64,000 nucleotides of DNA from Macrostomum hystrix. Its lineage: Eukaryota; Animalia; Platyhelminthes. The stretch lies in NCBI GenBank assembly GCA_950097015.1, contig CATNEN010000008.1, positions 3,720,001 to 3,784,000 of the forward strand, in the 5' to 3' direction. Both the position numbers and the translations under genes were made by a program. The notes beneath the pieces were generated by a model. The model had not been told where the DNA came from. It worked only from the letters and a program-made list of their open reading frames with translations, and did not search any database. Positions 32,331 to 45,500 of this stretch are shown here, piece by piece (position 1 is the stretch's first letter; every line of letters starts with the position of its first letter).

Positions 32331-33995
32331 ACTACGCTGTACGCATCAAATAGTTATTAATGATTGTGTCTGTCTTTGTTCCTTGCATTTCTAATTGCAG
32401 CAATACACTTTTGAAATGACGAGTTAAGAGCGCGTTGGAATGAATGTAACAAGGATCCCCCTGCTCTAAGGAGAAATTCTTAAAATAATGTCTTCTCTTT
32501 TGACCTTTTGGCTTAACAGACCCCGCTTCGGGCTAGAGACCAAAATCTTTGGCTTCTCTAGCAGAATTAAAAAAGCAATTAAGTAACTCTTATTATCTTG
32601 CCGGCAGCTGGATCTTAATTATCCTTTGTAGGCGGGGGCGAGTCGTTGGCAGACTTTAATGTTTTATCTTTCTTACTTCCGTTTCCCTTTGCTTGCTTCT
32701 GTAGGCTAAATGCTCTCGGGTATAATTTTGGCGATTTTGTTGCGCTTAGTTCTGCAACCTTCTTTTGCAACGAAATCACTTTGTGCAGCAGAGCTTTGTC
32801 TGAGAGCTCCCGCTTTTGGAATCGCGCACCGTTTAATTTTCCGTTCTCCTCTGTAGAATTCTTCAAAGTCAGGTTATTTTTAAAGCGCACTGCTGATAAC
32901 AGACAACTGCAATAATGACAGATCCGTTATTGAGTGTCTCATAGGACTAACTAACAAGAACGAGCATTGTTTCAATCGTGCACAACATTGTGCGTGGCCC
33001 ATTGCTGTGATGACGCACTTGAGAATCGAAGCATCGCCTGCGAGCAATTCCGGAAGTGCGATTTCAAACTGCATCCCTCTCTGGATAGCCACTCGATTGT
33101 ACTTCCCTTAGCCTCCATCGTGCACTATTATCCGCCATGGGACAAGGGCTGCTATCCGGCCACCTGTTTCCGATGTCACTGGTCTCCCGAGTCTTTTTGT
33201 CTCCTCAATCCGACGAAGCGTGCCCCCGGTCAATGAAGCCTCTCGGCGGCTTTTTAATATCCTCCAGAAGAAGCCCGAGCTCGCATCCTGTTCGAAATAA
33301 TCTCGGCGAGAAGCTTTGGCGCCTCCTCCCAAACGATAATTAGCCGGCGAGGCTATTCGCTTCGCTCTTTGGCATTCGCTTCCCTGGGAGCGAAGTTTCC
33401 TGCCTTGCAGTGTCGGCTATTCGGCTAGTTTTTTGTTCCCGCTTCGCCAGGTAGCATCTTCCTGGCCTACCATTAAAATTGACCGGAATGTCGCATGATT
33501 ACTGGAAGATTCCTACATTTTTCTGGCTCTGATTCTTGCTGACTGCTCTGTCCCAATGGTTAGAGCCTATTGGAAGCCCCACGGACCTCGGCTCTTATCG
33601 AGAATAATTGATGGCATGTTCATCAATGGCTGACATGTCTTTTAATCTGCTGGCAGTACTAAAGTATATATTGTGGCACAAAAAATATTTTTTATAAACA
33701 GCTCGCAGACGCTTACAAATCAATTTATTTTGGAACTGTTCCCTTGCTTGTTGTTCAAAACAAGACAACAAGTACTTCGCACTTCAGTGTACATTAGCCA
33801 AATCACTCGTTTAACGTTTAACGCCACATGGCTTTGTGGCGTTAAACGCTTTGTCCCGAGTGTACATTGTCTTAAAATATGCCACCCATCACTGACGTCA
33901 GACGTCACTGTGTGTACATCGTTTCCTCCCGAGTGTACATTGCCCTAATCTATGCCACCCATCAAAAACCGAAATGATTCTTATCAATAAATGAA

Positions 33996-35008
33996 CCCAG
34001 ATCCTTCAGAGCCTCAGCTGCTACTTCCCTCAGATCCTTCAGAGCCTCTGCTGCTACTTCCCTCAGATCCTTCAAAGCCTCAGCTGCTACTTTCCTCAGA
34101 TCCTTCAGAGCCTCAGCTGCTACTTCCCTCAGATCCTTCAGAGCCTCAGCTGCTACTTCCCTCAGATCCTTCAGTACCTCAGCTGCTACTTCCCTCAGAT
34201 CCTTCAGAGCCTCTGCTGCTACTTTCCTCAGATCCTTCAGAGCCTCTGCTGCTACTTCCCTCAGATCCTTCAGAGCCTCTGCTGCTACTTCCCTAAGATA
34301 TTTCAGAGCCTCTGCTGCTACTTCCCTCAGATCCTTCAGAGCCTCAGCTGCTACTTCCCTCAGATCCTTCAGTACCTCAGCTGCTACTTTCCTCAGATCC
34401 TTCAGAGCCTCTGCTGCTACTTTCCTCAGATCCTTCAGAGCCTCTGCTGCTACTTCCCTCAGATCCTTCAGAGCCTCTGCTGCTACTTCCCTAAGATATT
34501 TCAGAGCCTCTGCTGCTACTTCCCTCAGATCCTTCAGAGCCTCAGCTGCTACTTTCCTCAGATCCTTCAGAGCCTCTGCTGCTACTTCCCTCAGATCCTT
34601 CAGAGCCTCAGCTGCTACTTTCCTCAGATCCTTCAGAGCCTCTGCTGCTACTTCCCTCAGATCCTTCAGAGCCTCAGCTGCTACTTCCCTCAGATCCTTC
34701 AGAGCCTCTGCTGCTACTTTCCTCAGATCCTTCAGAGCCTCAGCTGCTACTTCCCTCAGATCCTTCAGTACCTCAGCTGCTACTTTCCTCAGATCCTTCA
34801 GAGCCTCTGCTGCTACTTCCCTCAGATCCTTCAGTACCTCAGCTGCTACTTTCCTCAGATCCTTCAGAGCCTCTGCTGCTACTTCCCTCAGATCCTTCAG
34901 TATCCCTCAAATCCTTCAGTATCCCTCAAATCCTTCAGTATCCCTCAGATCCTTCAGTATCCCTCAGATCCTTCAGTATCCCTCAGATCCTTCAGTATCC
35001 CTCAGATC
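33996..35008. repeat. 33-bp minisatellite (CAGATCCTTCAGAGCCTCAGCTGCTACTTCCCT) changing to a 19-bp derivative (CCCTCAGATCCTTCAGTAT) at ~34895
   Basis: The 11-aa SDPSEPQLLLP repeat equals 33 bp. The 19-bp period is seen at 34921->34940. Confidence 0.96.
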
Positions 35009-36437
35009 ATATTCTAATTAGCAATAAGTCCATATAAGCCCATCTAGTAGCAAATGTGGATCGAAGCAGATATATTGTAAATTTAAAAAACAATAATTGC
35101 ACAATGTATCCACAGACTTTTCAATTATTTTTTGTTCTTATTCATTAAATTAATTAAGGACACAACTTTTTTGGGCTTTCTCATTCCTCAAAACATCTTA
35201 CCGGGCCTGTTCATGCTGTTCAAATTTGGCGCAACTAATGCTATTCGATTCGTTGGGCCTTGGGGCATTTTTCCTCATCTGAAATTTCCTAATTTAGAAG
35301 TTGGGGACCACCACCGAAATAATTAGCTTTAATCATCTGCCTCAGTGAACCTGATGTAATTTATTATTTGTTAAGTTGCTGCATTGCAGTGGGATTTGCA
35401 GTGGGAAGCTCTGAACATGTAGTCACCTGAAGAGCCATGTGTGCAGCATTGATTACTATAGCTCGTAGATCTTGACTGCATTAATCCGACCGTATAAAGC
35501 AGTATAAATCTGCTATTCCAGATTTTAAATCCGAATAAGAGCCTTGTAAACTTTGTCGGCTGACGTAGTATCATATACCATAGGTACAATAGGTAAAGGT
35601 ACACAAGGTTAGCTACTGAACGTAGAGCGAATTTCTAATTCTATTTACCTTTGTTATATTCACAGAAAGCACAGTCATTCGATAGATTTCTATTCTAAAA
35701 CTAAGCAAGGCAAAAAATAAAACTAAAACTAACCGTCGTGGATGAAACACAGAAAACGTAAAAAATCTGAAAAATGCTCTTCTAAAAATATTTTTTCTAA
35801 AAATTTGAAAGGCTTTTATTGAATTAAACGCACTTGTCTATCTTCCTATTCTATATAATGATAATAAAAATACATTCCAAAATTGATTGGTATTTTTTGT
35901 TTGCAATTGCTTTAAAGTAAAACAAAGATTCCGGATTTAAGCAATTAAAAGATCATGTAAAATAGTTTAACACAAGGCCAGACAACCTGCAATAAATAAA
36001 ATCCAATTTAGTCTTTCCTTATAAGTACTCAGAAAAGAAATACGGCGGTCGGAACTCAATGTCTAAAATAAGTATTTTGAGCCGGATATGACAATTCGGC
36101 TTACTTTTCTTACTTTTCATTTTGCTTTGCCAGGTTTTTGTTGGTTATTTATAACCCTTTTTTACTTCTAATGTTTATGGCGTCTTGTTTTGGAAAGGAA
36201 AATAATTTGATATTTTATGTCACCAAGGTAGTCAGCAGGAAATTTGACAAAACTTATTCTGCAGTGTGACGATCATTCCAAAATTATTACCTCAAAAGTA
36301 AGGATGTACGAGTACAAAGGAGGCAACAGTGATGCAGAAGAAAAGAAAGAGATATCAACAGCATTTATTGCTGAATTTTCTATCAGTTCACATAGTACTT
36401 TTTTCCAGATCAGTCGTTGAATAGGTCATTACCCAAA

Positions 36438-37106
36438 CTTCAGTTTGAGTCGATCATTACCCCCCGATCCTTCAGTTTGAGTCTATCATTACCCCCCGAT
36501 CCTTCAGTTTGAGTCGATCATTACCCCCCGATCCTTCAGTTTGAGTCGATCATTACCCCCGATCCTTCAGTTTGAGTCGATCATTACCCCTTGATCCTTC
36601 AGTTTGAGTCGAGCATTACCCCTTGATCCTTCAGTTTGAGTCGATCATTACCCCCCGATCCTTCAGTTTGAGTCGATCATTACACCTTGATCCTTCAGTT
36701 TGAGTCGATCATTACACCTTGATCCTTCAGTTTGAGTCGAGCATCATCCCTGATTCTTCAGTTTGAGTGTATCATTACCCCTGATTCTTCAGTTTGAGTC
36801 GATCATTACCCCTGATTCTTCAGTTTGAGTCGAGCATTACCCCTTGATGCTACAGTTTGAGTCGAGCATTACCCCTTGATTCTTCAGTTTGAGTCGAGCA
36901 TTACCCCTGATCCTTCAGTTTGAGTCGAGCATTACCCCTGATTCTTCAGTTTGAGTGTATCATTACCCCTTGATCCTTCAGTTTGAATCGAGCATTACCC
37001 CTTGATGCTACAGTTTGAGTCGATCATTACCCCTGATTCTTCAGTTTGAGTCGAGCATTACCCCTTGATGCTACAGTTTGAGTCGATCATTACCCCTAAT
37101 TCTTCA
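36438..37106. repeat. 31/32-bp minisatellite (GATCATTACCCCYYGATCCTTCAGTTTGAGTC)
   Basis: Period 36481->36513. Confidence 0.95.
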
Positions 37107-38292
37107 GGCTTCGTCTGTTGTGGCCCAAATTAATTTACCCTTTTCCAGCATTCCGAACGTACGAGCCATTCAACAGACTGTGACAAAACAAAAAGTTAAA
37201 TTTAGTGCATTTATCAGTGAGCAGTGGGACTTTATTTGAAAAGGAGAGATTGAATTATACTATTTAAAAAAATTAATTTAAGCCATCCTCTTTGACTAAC
37301 GAAAGCTTAATTTAGCCTGAAAACGTCCATCAAGTGCAGCATTCGCGTGGGCGTGTGTTTTGTAAAAAATCGCGGTATTAGTGCATGCTGTTCTTTGTAG
37401 AATATTTCTCATTGCAGCTACCTGGAATTAGCTTCGTACCTTGGAATCTGCCCAAAAATTGCTTCCTAAAATTAGTCCAATAGAATCCACTCAAAATAAT
37501 ACGTTACCTAGAATCTGTTTCACGGAATCGGCCAAAAATTCACGCGCCAAGAATCTCTCTAAAGAAATCTAAGATACCATGGAAACGCAGATGGAAGCGT
37601 GTCGGACAGAATCAGTAGAACAATAGCTTTCCTAGAAACGTCGATCTACTAATCTGCCGAAAGTGTACAGTGTAGAATTGCAGCCTTAAAAACTTTCCTG
37701 ATAATTTGCATTTGCACTCAAACGGCACATGTACTCGGCTTATATTCCACATTTCGTTTAAAACAAACGGACAAAACTGGTTCCGGTTTTAAAAAAAGTA
37801 AGCAAAAGTTGTGAATTCCCGTCCTCCCAGCGAGTGTAGCATTCGTATACGGGCGTATCTAAGCTCGGTTTTGACCCAGTTTTCAGGCTAACTGAAGCTA
37901 GCATGCCATCCATATATCAGGGCTAGTGTTGTGTGTGTGTGTTCTTTTCATAGAAATTACAGCTGCATTCCCAGCTCCCAGTAAATCCCTTATGGGATCG
38001 CTTTGTACTCTCAGGCAAGGGTTGACAGAGATAGGCGAATCGGTTGCTGACTGACTGAGCTCCTCTACCTCTTCCCTCAAGCCTTGGTCGAGTTAGTTGT
38101 CTGTCAAATTTAATAGGAAAAGACGCAGAAAAATTAAAGAGCAAAGTGTCAGCGAGTTAGAGATGGGGAGTCAGGCCAGTAAGATTGGAGACTGTAATCT
38201 GTGGTTAATCTGTACTTCAGCTATCGCTCTCACAACCTAGCAAAGAATAAAAGATAGCAGGAAAGCTCAAATTAAAGAATTAATGAAACAGT

Positions 38293-39830
38293 GTGACACC
38301 AAGAGTGACACCGAGAGTGACACCGAGAGTGACACCGAGAGTAACACCGAGAGTGATACTGAGAGTGACACCGAGAGTAACACCGAGAGTGATACTGAGA
38401 GTGACACCGAGAGTAACACCAAGAGTGATACTGAGAGTGACACCAAGAATGATACTGAGAGTGACACCAAGAATGATACTGAGAGTGACACCAGAATGAT
38501 ACTGGGAGTAACACCAAGAGTGATACTGAGAGTGACACCAAGAATGATACTGAGAGTGACACCAAGAATGATACTGAGAGTGACACCAGAATGATACTGG
38601 GAGTGACACCAAGAGTGATACTGAGAGTGACACCAAGAGTGATACTGAGAGTGACACCAAGAGTGATACTGAGAGTGACACCAAGAGTGATACTGAGAGT
38701 GACACCAAGAGTGACACCGAGAGTAACACCAAGAGTGATACTGAGAGTGACACCAAGAATGATACTGAGAGTGACACCAGAATGATACTGGGAGTGACAC
38801 CAAGAGTGATACTGGGAGTGACACCAAGAATGATACTGAGAGTGACACCAAGAGTGATACTGAGAGTGACACCAAGAGTGACACCGAGAGTAACACCAAG
38901 AGTGATACTGAGAGTGACACCAAGAATGATACTGAGAGTGACACCAGAATGATACTGGGAGTGACACCAAGAGTGATACTGGGAGTGACACCAAGAATGA
39001 TACTGAGAGTGACACCAGAATGATACTGGGAGTGACACCAAGAGTGATACTGAGAGTGACACCAAGAATGATACTGAGAGTGACACCAGAATGATACTGG
39101 GAGTGACACCAAGAGTGATACTGAGAGTAACACCAAGAGTGATACTGAGAGTAACACCAAGAGTGATACTGAGAGTGACACCAAGAGTGATACTGAGAGT
39201 GACACCAAGAGTGATACTGAGAGTGACACCAAGAGTGATACTGAGAGTGACACCAAGAGTGATACTGAGAGTAACACCAAGAGTCACACCGAGAGTAACA
39301 CCAAGACTGAAACTGAGAGTGACACCAAGAGTGATACTGAGAGTGACACCAAGAGTGATACTGAGAGTAACACCAAGAGTGATACTGAGAGTGACACCAA
39401 GAGTGATACTGAGAGTAACACCAAGAGTGATACTGAGAGTGACACCAAGAGTGATACTGAGAGTAACACCAAGAGTGATACTGAGAGTAACACCAAGAGT
39501 GATACTGAGAGTGACACCAAGAGTGATACTGAGAGTGACACCAAGAGTGATACTGAGAGTAACACCAAGAGTCACACCGAGAGTAACACCAAGACTGAAA
39601 CTGAGAGTGACACCAAGAGTGATACTGAGAGTGACACCAAGAGTGATACTGAGAGTAACACCAAGAGTCACACCGAGAGTAACACCAAGACTGAAACTGA
39701 GAGTAACACCAAGACTGATACTGAGAGTAACACCAAGAGTGATACTGAGAGTGACACCAAGAGTGATACTGAGAGTGACACCAAGAATGACATGAAGAGT
39801 GACACCGAGAGTGACGCCGAGAGTGACACT
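38293..39830. repeat. 24-bp satellite built from 12-mers (GAGTGACACCAA/GAGTGATACTGA)
   Basis: Direct reading. Explains the RVTP/SDTE/HSQY/VTLS pseudo-ORFs. Confidence 0.97.
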
Positions 39831-39834
39831 CAAG

Positions 39835-40059
39835 CAGTGGCGGCGCAGGACATCCAGCTGGGGGGGGCGGTGGTTGGGTGGTCACCCCCCTGGCCACCAA
39901 AAAAAAGGTCTCAGGTGACCACCCCCATGCCCCATGGGGTGACCACACTTTTGAAAAAATATGGTAAAGTACCAATTTTTTTTAAGTGGGTGGTCACCCC
40001 CTGAGGGTGGTGAGGGGTGGTCACCCGGGGGCAGCCCGCCCCCCCCTGCGCCGCCACTG
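39835..40059. mobile_element. 225-bp MITE, hAT-type
   Basis: Perfect 15-bp TIR CAGTGGCGGCGCAGG at 39835-39849 and 40045-40059. Perfect 8-bp TSD CACTCAAG at 39827-39834 and 40060-40067. Five internal GGTGGTCACC/GGTGACCAC subterminal repeats in both orientations. Confidence 0.9.
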
Positions 40060-40574
40060 CACTCAAGAGTGAGGCATAGAGTTTGGGAGTGACTCTGAAA
40101 TTGACACTGAGAATAATTGACACTAAATTGACACTGAAATTGATACAGAGAGTGACGCCGAGAGTGACTCTCGCTCAGCACTAATCGACAGCCTAGAAGG
40201 TGATGGGGAAAACCTTTATTTCAATATTTATTCTCGTCCTTCGCTAACACCTGCCAGTCTCACTATTGGCATGCACTTTATCCATGGGGCTGCACCCCGG
40301 GGCCAAGCTCAGACAACACGCAAGCGAGTAAGTTATTCCCATGACTCGAGGCATGCAGTAGAGCATTGTTAAGTAGCAGCACCTGCTGGTAATGCACTGG
40401 GACTATATGCTTGCAGTTGACACGACAGCCTTGTACTTGAGCAGTGCTCAGACTTGCTTTGTTTGCCGAAGTAGCTTTATTGATCAAGCGGAAACCTATT
40501 GGGCTAAATAGATGCAAGGTTTTGCCCCACGATACATTAGTTGGGTAAACTCATGTTCCTCAGTGCGTCAGCCA

Positions 40575-40752
40575 CACCCCCTGATCCTTCAGTGCATCAG
40601 CCACTACCCCCTGATCCTTCAGTGCATCAGGCCACTACCCCCTGATCCTTCAGTGCATCAGGCCACTACCCCCTGATCCTTCAGTGCATCAGGCCACTAC
40701 CCCCTGATCCTTCAGTGCATTAGGCAACTACCCCCTGATCCTTCAGTGCATT
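40575..40752. repeat. 31-bp minisatellite (CCCCTGATCCTTCAGTGCATCAGGCCACTAC)
   Basis: Period 40621->40652, about 5-6 copies. Confidence 0.92.
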
Positions 40753-40764
40753 CCCATATAATAG

Positions 40765-40850
40765 ATTGGCATGTATTGGCGCTGGGAATTCCCTCAACCA
40801 ATCCGATCGCTGCGAGCTCTCGACACGTCACGATTGGCTGGCCAATTCAG
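40765..40850 (+). promoter_or_regulatory. Candidate proximal promoter of the GPCR (CCAAT/ATTGG cluster plus CRE-like GACACGTCA)
   Basis: Five CCAAT/ATTGG pentamers and one CACGTCA within ~85 bp, 110-200 bp upstream of the ATG at 40962. Motif content only. Confidence 0.35.
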
Positions 40851-40961
40851 ATCTCCAAGCCTAGAAAAAATACTTTCAACAATGAAAAATTATTCTCGGA
40901 AAATGTAAAATAGCAAAGCTGCAGTAAATTAGACAAATAACTAATCGCCAACTCAATCGCG

Positions 40962-42435
40962 ATGTCCACCACGCTCGAACCGGTGGGCGGGCTGGCTGAT
41001 AACAGGAGTGCCATGATGTGCACAGCCGCCTACAACGGTGTCATCCCAGTACTGGCCATCGACCTGGCCATCAACGCCGCCGCCTTCTGCACCAACCTGC
41101 TGGCTGTGCTCATCCTGCGAGCTAACCGGGACCAGTCCAGGATGCGCATCATGCTGTACTTCCTGTCCGCGGTCGAGTGCTGCCAGCAGGCCGTCTCCGC
41201 GCTCTACACAATCGCCACCCTGACAGTTCGAGCCATCATCTGCTTCGGCGACGGTGGCGGCGGGGGCGGCGGCGGCGACGCAGGTGGCAGCCGTTTCGTT
41301 CAGCCGCCGAAGTTGCTGGACATTTTTAGTGACGCTCGCATTGCCGCCATCTTCGGTGAGTGTGACATTCCCGGTGTGACATTCCCGGTGTGACATTCCC
41401 GGTGTGACATTCCCGGTGTGACATTCCTGGTGTGACATTCCTTTTGTAACGTTCCTGGTGGGACATTCTCGGTGTAACATTACTGGTGTGACATTACTGG
41501 TTTGATATTCCCGTGTGACATTCCTGTTGTGACATTTATTTTGTGTGACATTCATTGAGTGACATTTCTGGTGTGACATTCTTGGTGTGACCAGTGAGTG
41601 AGACCAGGGAAGGAATGGCGAGAGCTGCCTCGGCCCTGGAAATCCATCCCAGTCACTACACTCACCGGGTGTAGAAATTGTCGAAAAGTGAAAGGCATAA
41701 TGGATCCCACATTTCGCAAAGGAATGGTAAATTGCAACTTTCAGAGGTTGTTGATTATTGCTGGGTTAAAACACTTTTTATGTTTGCCTGTCTGCTAAAA
41801 AAGTTACTAAAACGGAAGGTAGTCGCAATTATGTAGCTATTAGACCAAACTTTTTGGCTAATTGCGATTAAATCGACTCAAAAGACTTAACAAAGAGCTC
41901 TTAGAAAGGGACACAAAAGTGCAAAGCAGATCGCTTTTATAACGTAAATAAGTTAAGCATTAATAGAATATTTTCCATACATCTCTGCTAACTGGTGATT
42001 GATCTGCATCTGTTAATCTCTTCCGCTCTATCACACCCCGGTCAGTAAGTTACCCAGCTCACCCAACTTTTCATATAGTGAATTTAGGCAGACTATACGA
42101 AAAACAAAGAGAGCTTGCAGTCCTGCCTCTAAGCTTTCCGGCCCTCCGTCTAACAAAGTAATCAGTCAAACTGAACGACTGGGATTGTGTGAAAAATTAC
42201 ACATGCAGCAGCAGCAGCAGTTTTAGCAGTAGGAGCAGCATCAGTTGCAGTTTCAGGAGCAGCAGCAGCAGTAGCATCAGATGCAGTAGCAGCAGCAGTT
42301 ATGGCAGCAGCATCAGTTGCAGTTTCAGGAGCAGGAGGAGCAGCAGCAGCATCAGTTGCAGTAGCAGCAGCAGCAGTTAAAGTAGCAGCATCAGTTGCAG
42401 TAGCAGCAGCAGCAGTTATAGTAGCAGCATCAGTT

Positions 42436-42467
<32 letters not shown>

Positions 42468-42525
42468 TATAGTAGCAGCATCAGTTGCAGTAGCAGCAGC
42501 AGCAGTTATAGTAGCAGCATCAGTT

Positions 42526-42557
<32 letters not shown>

Positions 42558-45500
42558 TATAGTAGCAGCATCAGTTGCAGTAGCAGCAGCAGCAGTTATA
42601 GTAGCAGCATCAGTTGCAGTAGCAGCAGCATCAGTTGCAGTAGCAGCAGCATCAGTTGCAGTAGCAGCAGCATCAGTTGCAGTAGCAGCAGCATCAGTTG
42701 CAGTAGCAGCAGCATCAGTTGCAGTAGCAGCATCAGTTGCAGTAGCAGCAGCATCAGTTGCAGTAGCAGCAGCAGCAGTTATAGCAGCAGCATCAGTTGC
42801 AGTAGCAGCAGCAGCAGCAGCATCAGTTGCAGTAGCAGCAGCAGTTATGGTAGCAGCATCAGTTGCAGTAGCAGCAGCAGCAGTTATAGCAGCAGCATCA
42901 GTTGCAGTAGCAGCAGCAGCAGTTATAGCAGCAGCATCAGTTGCAGTAGCAGCAGCAGCAGTTATAGCAGCAGCATCAGTTGCAGTAGCAGCAGCAGCAT
43001 TTATAGCAGCAGCATCAGTTGCAGTAGCAGCAGCATCAGTTGCAGTAGCAGCAGCAGCAGTTATAGCAGCAGCATCAGTTGCAGTAGCAGCAGCATCAGT
43101 TGCAGTAGCAGCAGCAGCAGTTATAGCAGCAGCATCAGTTGCAGTAGCAGCAGCAGCAGTTGCAGTAGCAGCAGCAGCAGTTATAGCAGCAGCAGCAGTT
43201 GCAGTAGCAGCAGCAGCAGTTATAGCAGCAGCAGCAGTTGCAGTAGCAGCAGCATCAGTTGCAGTAGCAGCAGCATCAGTTGCAGTAGCAGCAGCAGCAT
43301 TTATAGCAGCAGCATCAGTTGCAGTAGCAGCAGCAGCAGTTATAGCAGCAGCATCAGTTGCAGTAGCAGCAGCAGCAGCAGCATCAGTTGCAGTAGCAGC
43401 AGCAGTTATGGTAGCAGCATCAGTTGCAGTAGCAGCAGCAGCAGTTATAGCAGCAGCATCAGTTGCAGTAGCAGCAGCAGCAGTTATAGCAGCAGCATCA
43501 GTTGCAGTAGCAGCAGCAGCAGTTATAGCAGCAGCATCAGTTGCAGTAGCAGCAGCAGCATTTATAGCAGCAGCATCAGTTGCAGTAGCAGCAGCATCAG
43601 TTGCAGTAGCAGCAGCAGCAGTTATAGCAGCAGCATCAGTTGCAGTAGCAGCAGCAGCAGTTGCAGTAGCAGCAGCAGCAGTTATAGCAGCAGCAGCAGT
43701 TGCAGTAGCAGCAGCAGCAGTTATAGCAGCAGCAGCAGTTGCAGTAGCAGCAGCAGCAGTTATAGCAGCAGCAGCAGTTGCAGTAGCAGCAGCAGCAGTT
43801 ATAGCAGCAGCATCAGTTGCAGTAGCAGCAGCAGCAGTTATAGCAGCAGCAGCAGTTGCAGTAGCAGCAGCAGCAGTTATAGCAGCAGCATCAGTTGCAG
43901 TAGCAGCAGCAGCAGTTATAGCAGCAGCATCAGTTGCAGTAGCAGCAGCATCAGTTGCAGTAGCAGCAGCAGCAGTTATAGCAGCAGCATCAGTTGCAGT
44001 AGCAGCAGCAGCAGTTATAGCAGCAGCATCAGTTGCAGTAGCAGCAGCAGCAGTTATAGCAGCAGCATCAGTTGCAGTAGCAGCAGCATCAGTTGCAGTA
44101 GCAGCAGCAGCAGTTATAGCAGCAGCATCAGTTGCAGTAGCAGCAGCAGCAGTTATAGTAGCAGCATCAGTTGCAGTAGCAGCAGCAGCAGTTATAGCAG
44201 CAGCATCAGTTTGCAGTAGCAGCAGCAGCAGTTATAGCAGCAGCATCAGTTGCAGTAGCAGCAGCAGCATTTATAGCAGCAGCAGCAGTTGCAGTAGCAG
44301 CAGCAGCAGTTATAGCAGCAGCAGCAGTTGCAGTAGCAGCAGCAGCAGTTATAGCAGCAGCAGCAGTTGCAGTAGCAGCAGCAGCAGTTATAGCAGCAGC
44401 AGCAGTTGCAGTAGCAGCAGCAGCAGTTATAGCAGCAGCATCAGTTGCAGTAGCAGCAGCAGCAGTTATAGCAGCAGCATCAGTTGCAGTAGCAGCAGCA
44501 TCAGTTGCAGTAGCAGCAGCAGCAGTTATAGCAGCAGCATCAGTTGCAGTAGCAGCAGCAGCAGTTATAGTAGCAGCATCAGTTGCAGTAGCAGCAGCAG
44601 CAGTTATAGCAGCAGCATCAGTTGCAGTAGCAGCAGCAGCAGTTATAGCAGCAGCATCAGTTGCAGTAGCAGCAGCAGCATTTATAGCAGCAGCAGCAGT
44701 TGCAGTAGCAGCAGCAGCAGTTATAGCAGCAGCAGCAGTTGCAGTAGCAGCAGCAGCAGTTATAGCAGCAGCAGCAGTTGCAGTAGCAGCAGCAGCAGTT
44801 ATAGCAGCAGCAGCAGTTGCAGTAGCAGCAGCAGCAGTTATAGCAGCAGCATCAGTTGCAGTAGCAGCAGCAGCAGTTATAGCAGCAGCATCAGTTGCAG
44901 TAGCAGCAGCAGCAGTTGCAGTAGCAGCAGCAGCAGTTATAGCAGCAGCAGCAGTTGCAGTAGCAGCAGCAGCAGTTATAGCAGCAGCAGCAGTTGCAGT
45001 AGCAGCAGCAGCAGTTATAGCAGCAGCATCAGTTGCAGTAGCAGCAGCAGCAGTTATAGCAGCAGCAGCAGTTGCAGTAGCAGCAGCAGCAGTTATAGCA
45101 GCAGCATCAGTTGCAGTAGCAGCAGCAGCAGTTATAGCAGCAGCATCAGTTGCAGTAGCAGCAGCATCAGTTGCAGTAGCAGCAGCAGCAGTTATAGCAG
45201 CAGCATCAGTTGCAGTAGCAGCAGCAGCAGTTATAGCAGCAGCATCAGTTGCAGTAGCAGCAGCAGCAGTTATAGCAGCAGCATCAGTTGCAGTAGCAGC
45301 AGCATCAGTTGCAGTAGCAGCAGCAGCAGTTATAGCAGCAGCATCAGTTGCAGTAGCAGCAGCAGCAGTTATAGTAGCAGCATCAGTTGCAGTAGCAGCA
45401 GCAGCAGTTATAGCAGCAGCATCAGTTGCAGTAGCAGCAGCAGCAGTTATAGCAGCAGCATCAGTTGCAGTAGCAGCAGCAGCAGTTATAGCAGCAGCAT

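Noticed and set aside
32443-33237. Solo LTR (TGTAAC start, with ATGAA on both sides as a possible TSD)
   Set aside because: The right end (..CCGGTCA) lacks a terminal inverted repeat, and a 7-mer match within ~1.5 kb is plausible by chance.
36265-36297. 33-nt micro-exon with good splice signals (ttctgcag|...AAA|gtaagg)
   Set aside because: No gene to assign it to and no recognisable peptide; isolated splice-like signals are common.
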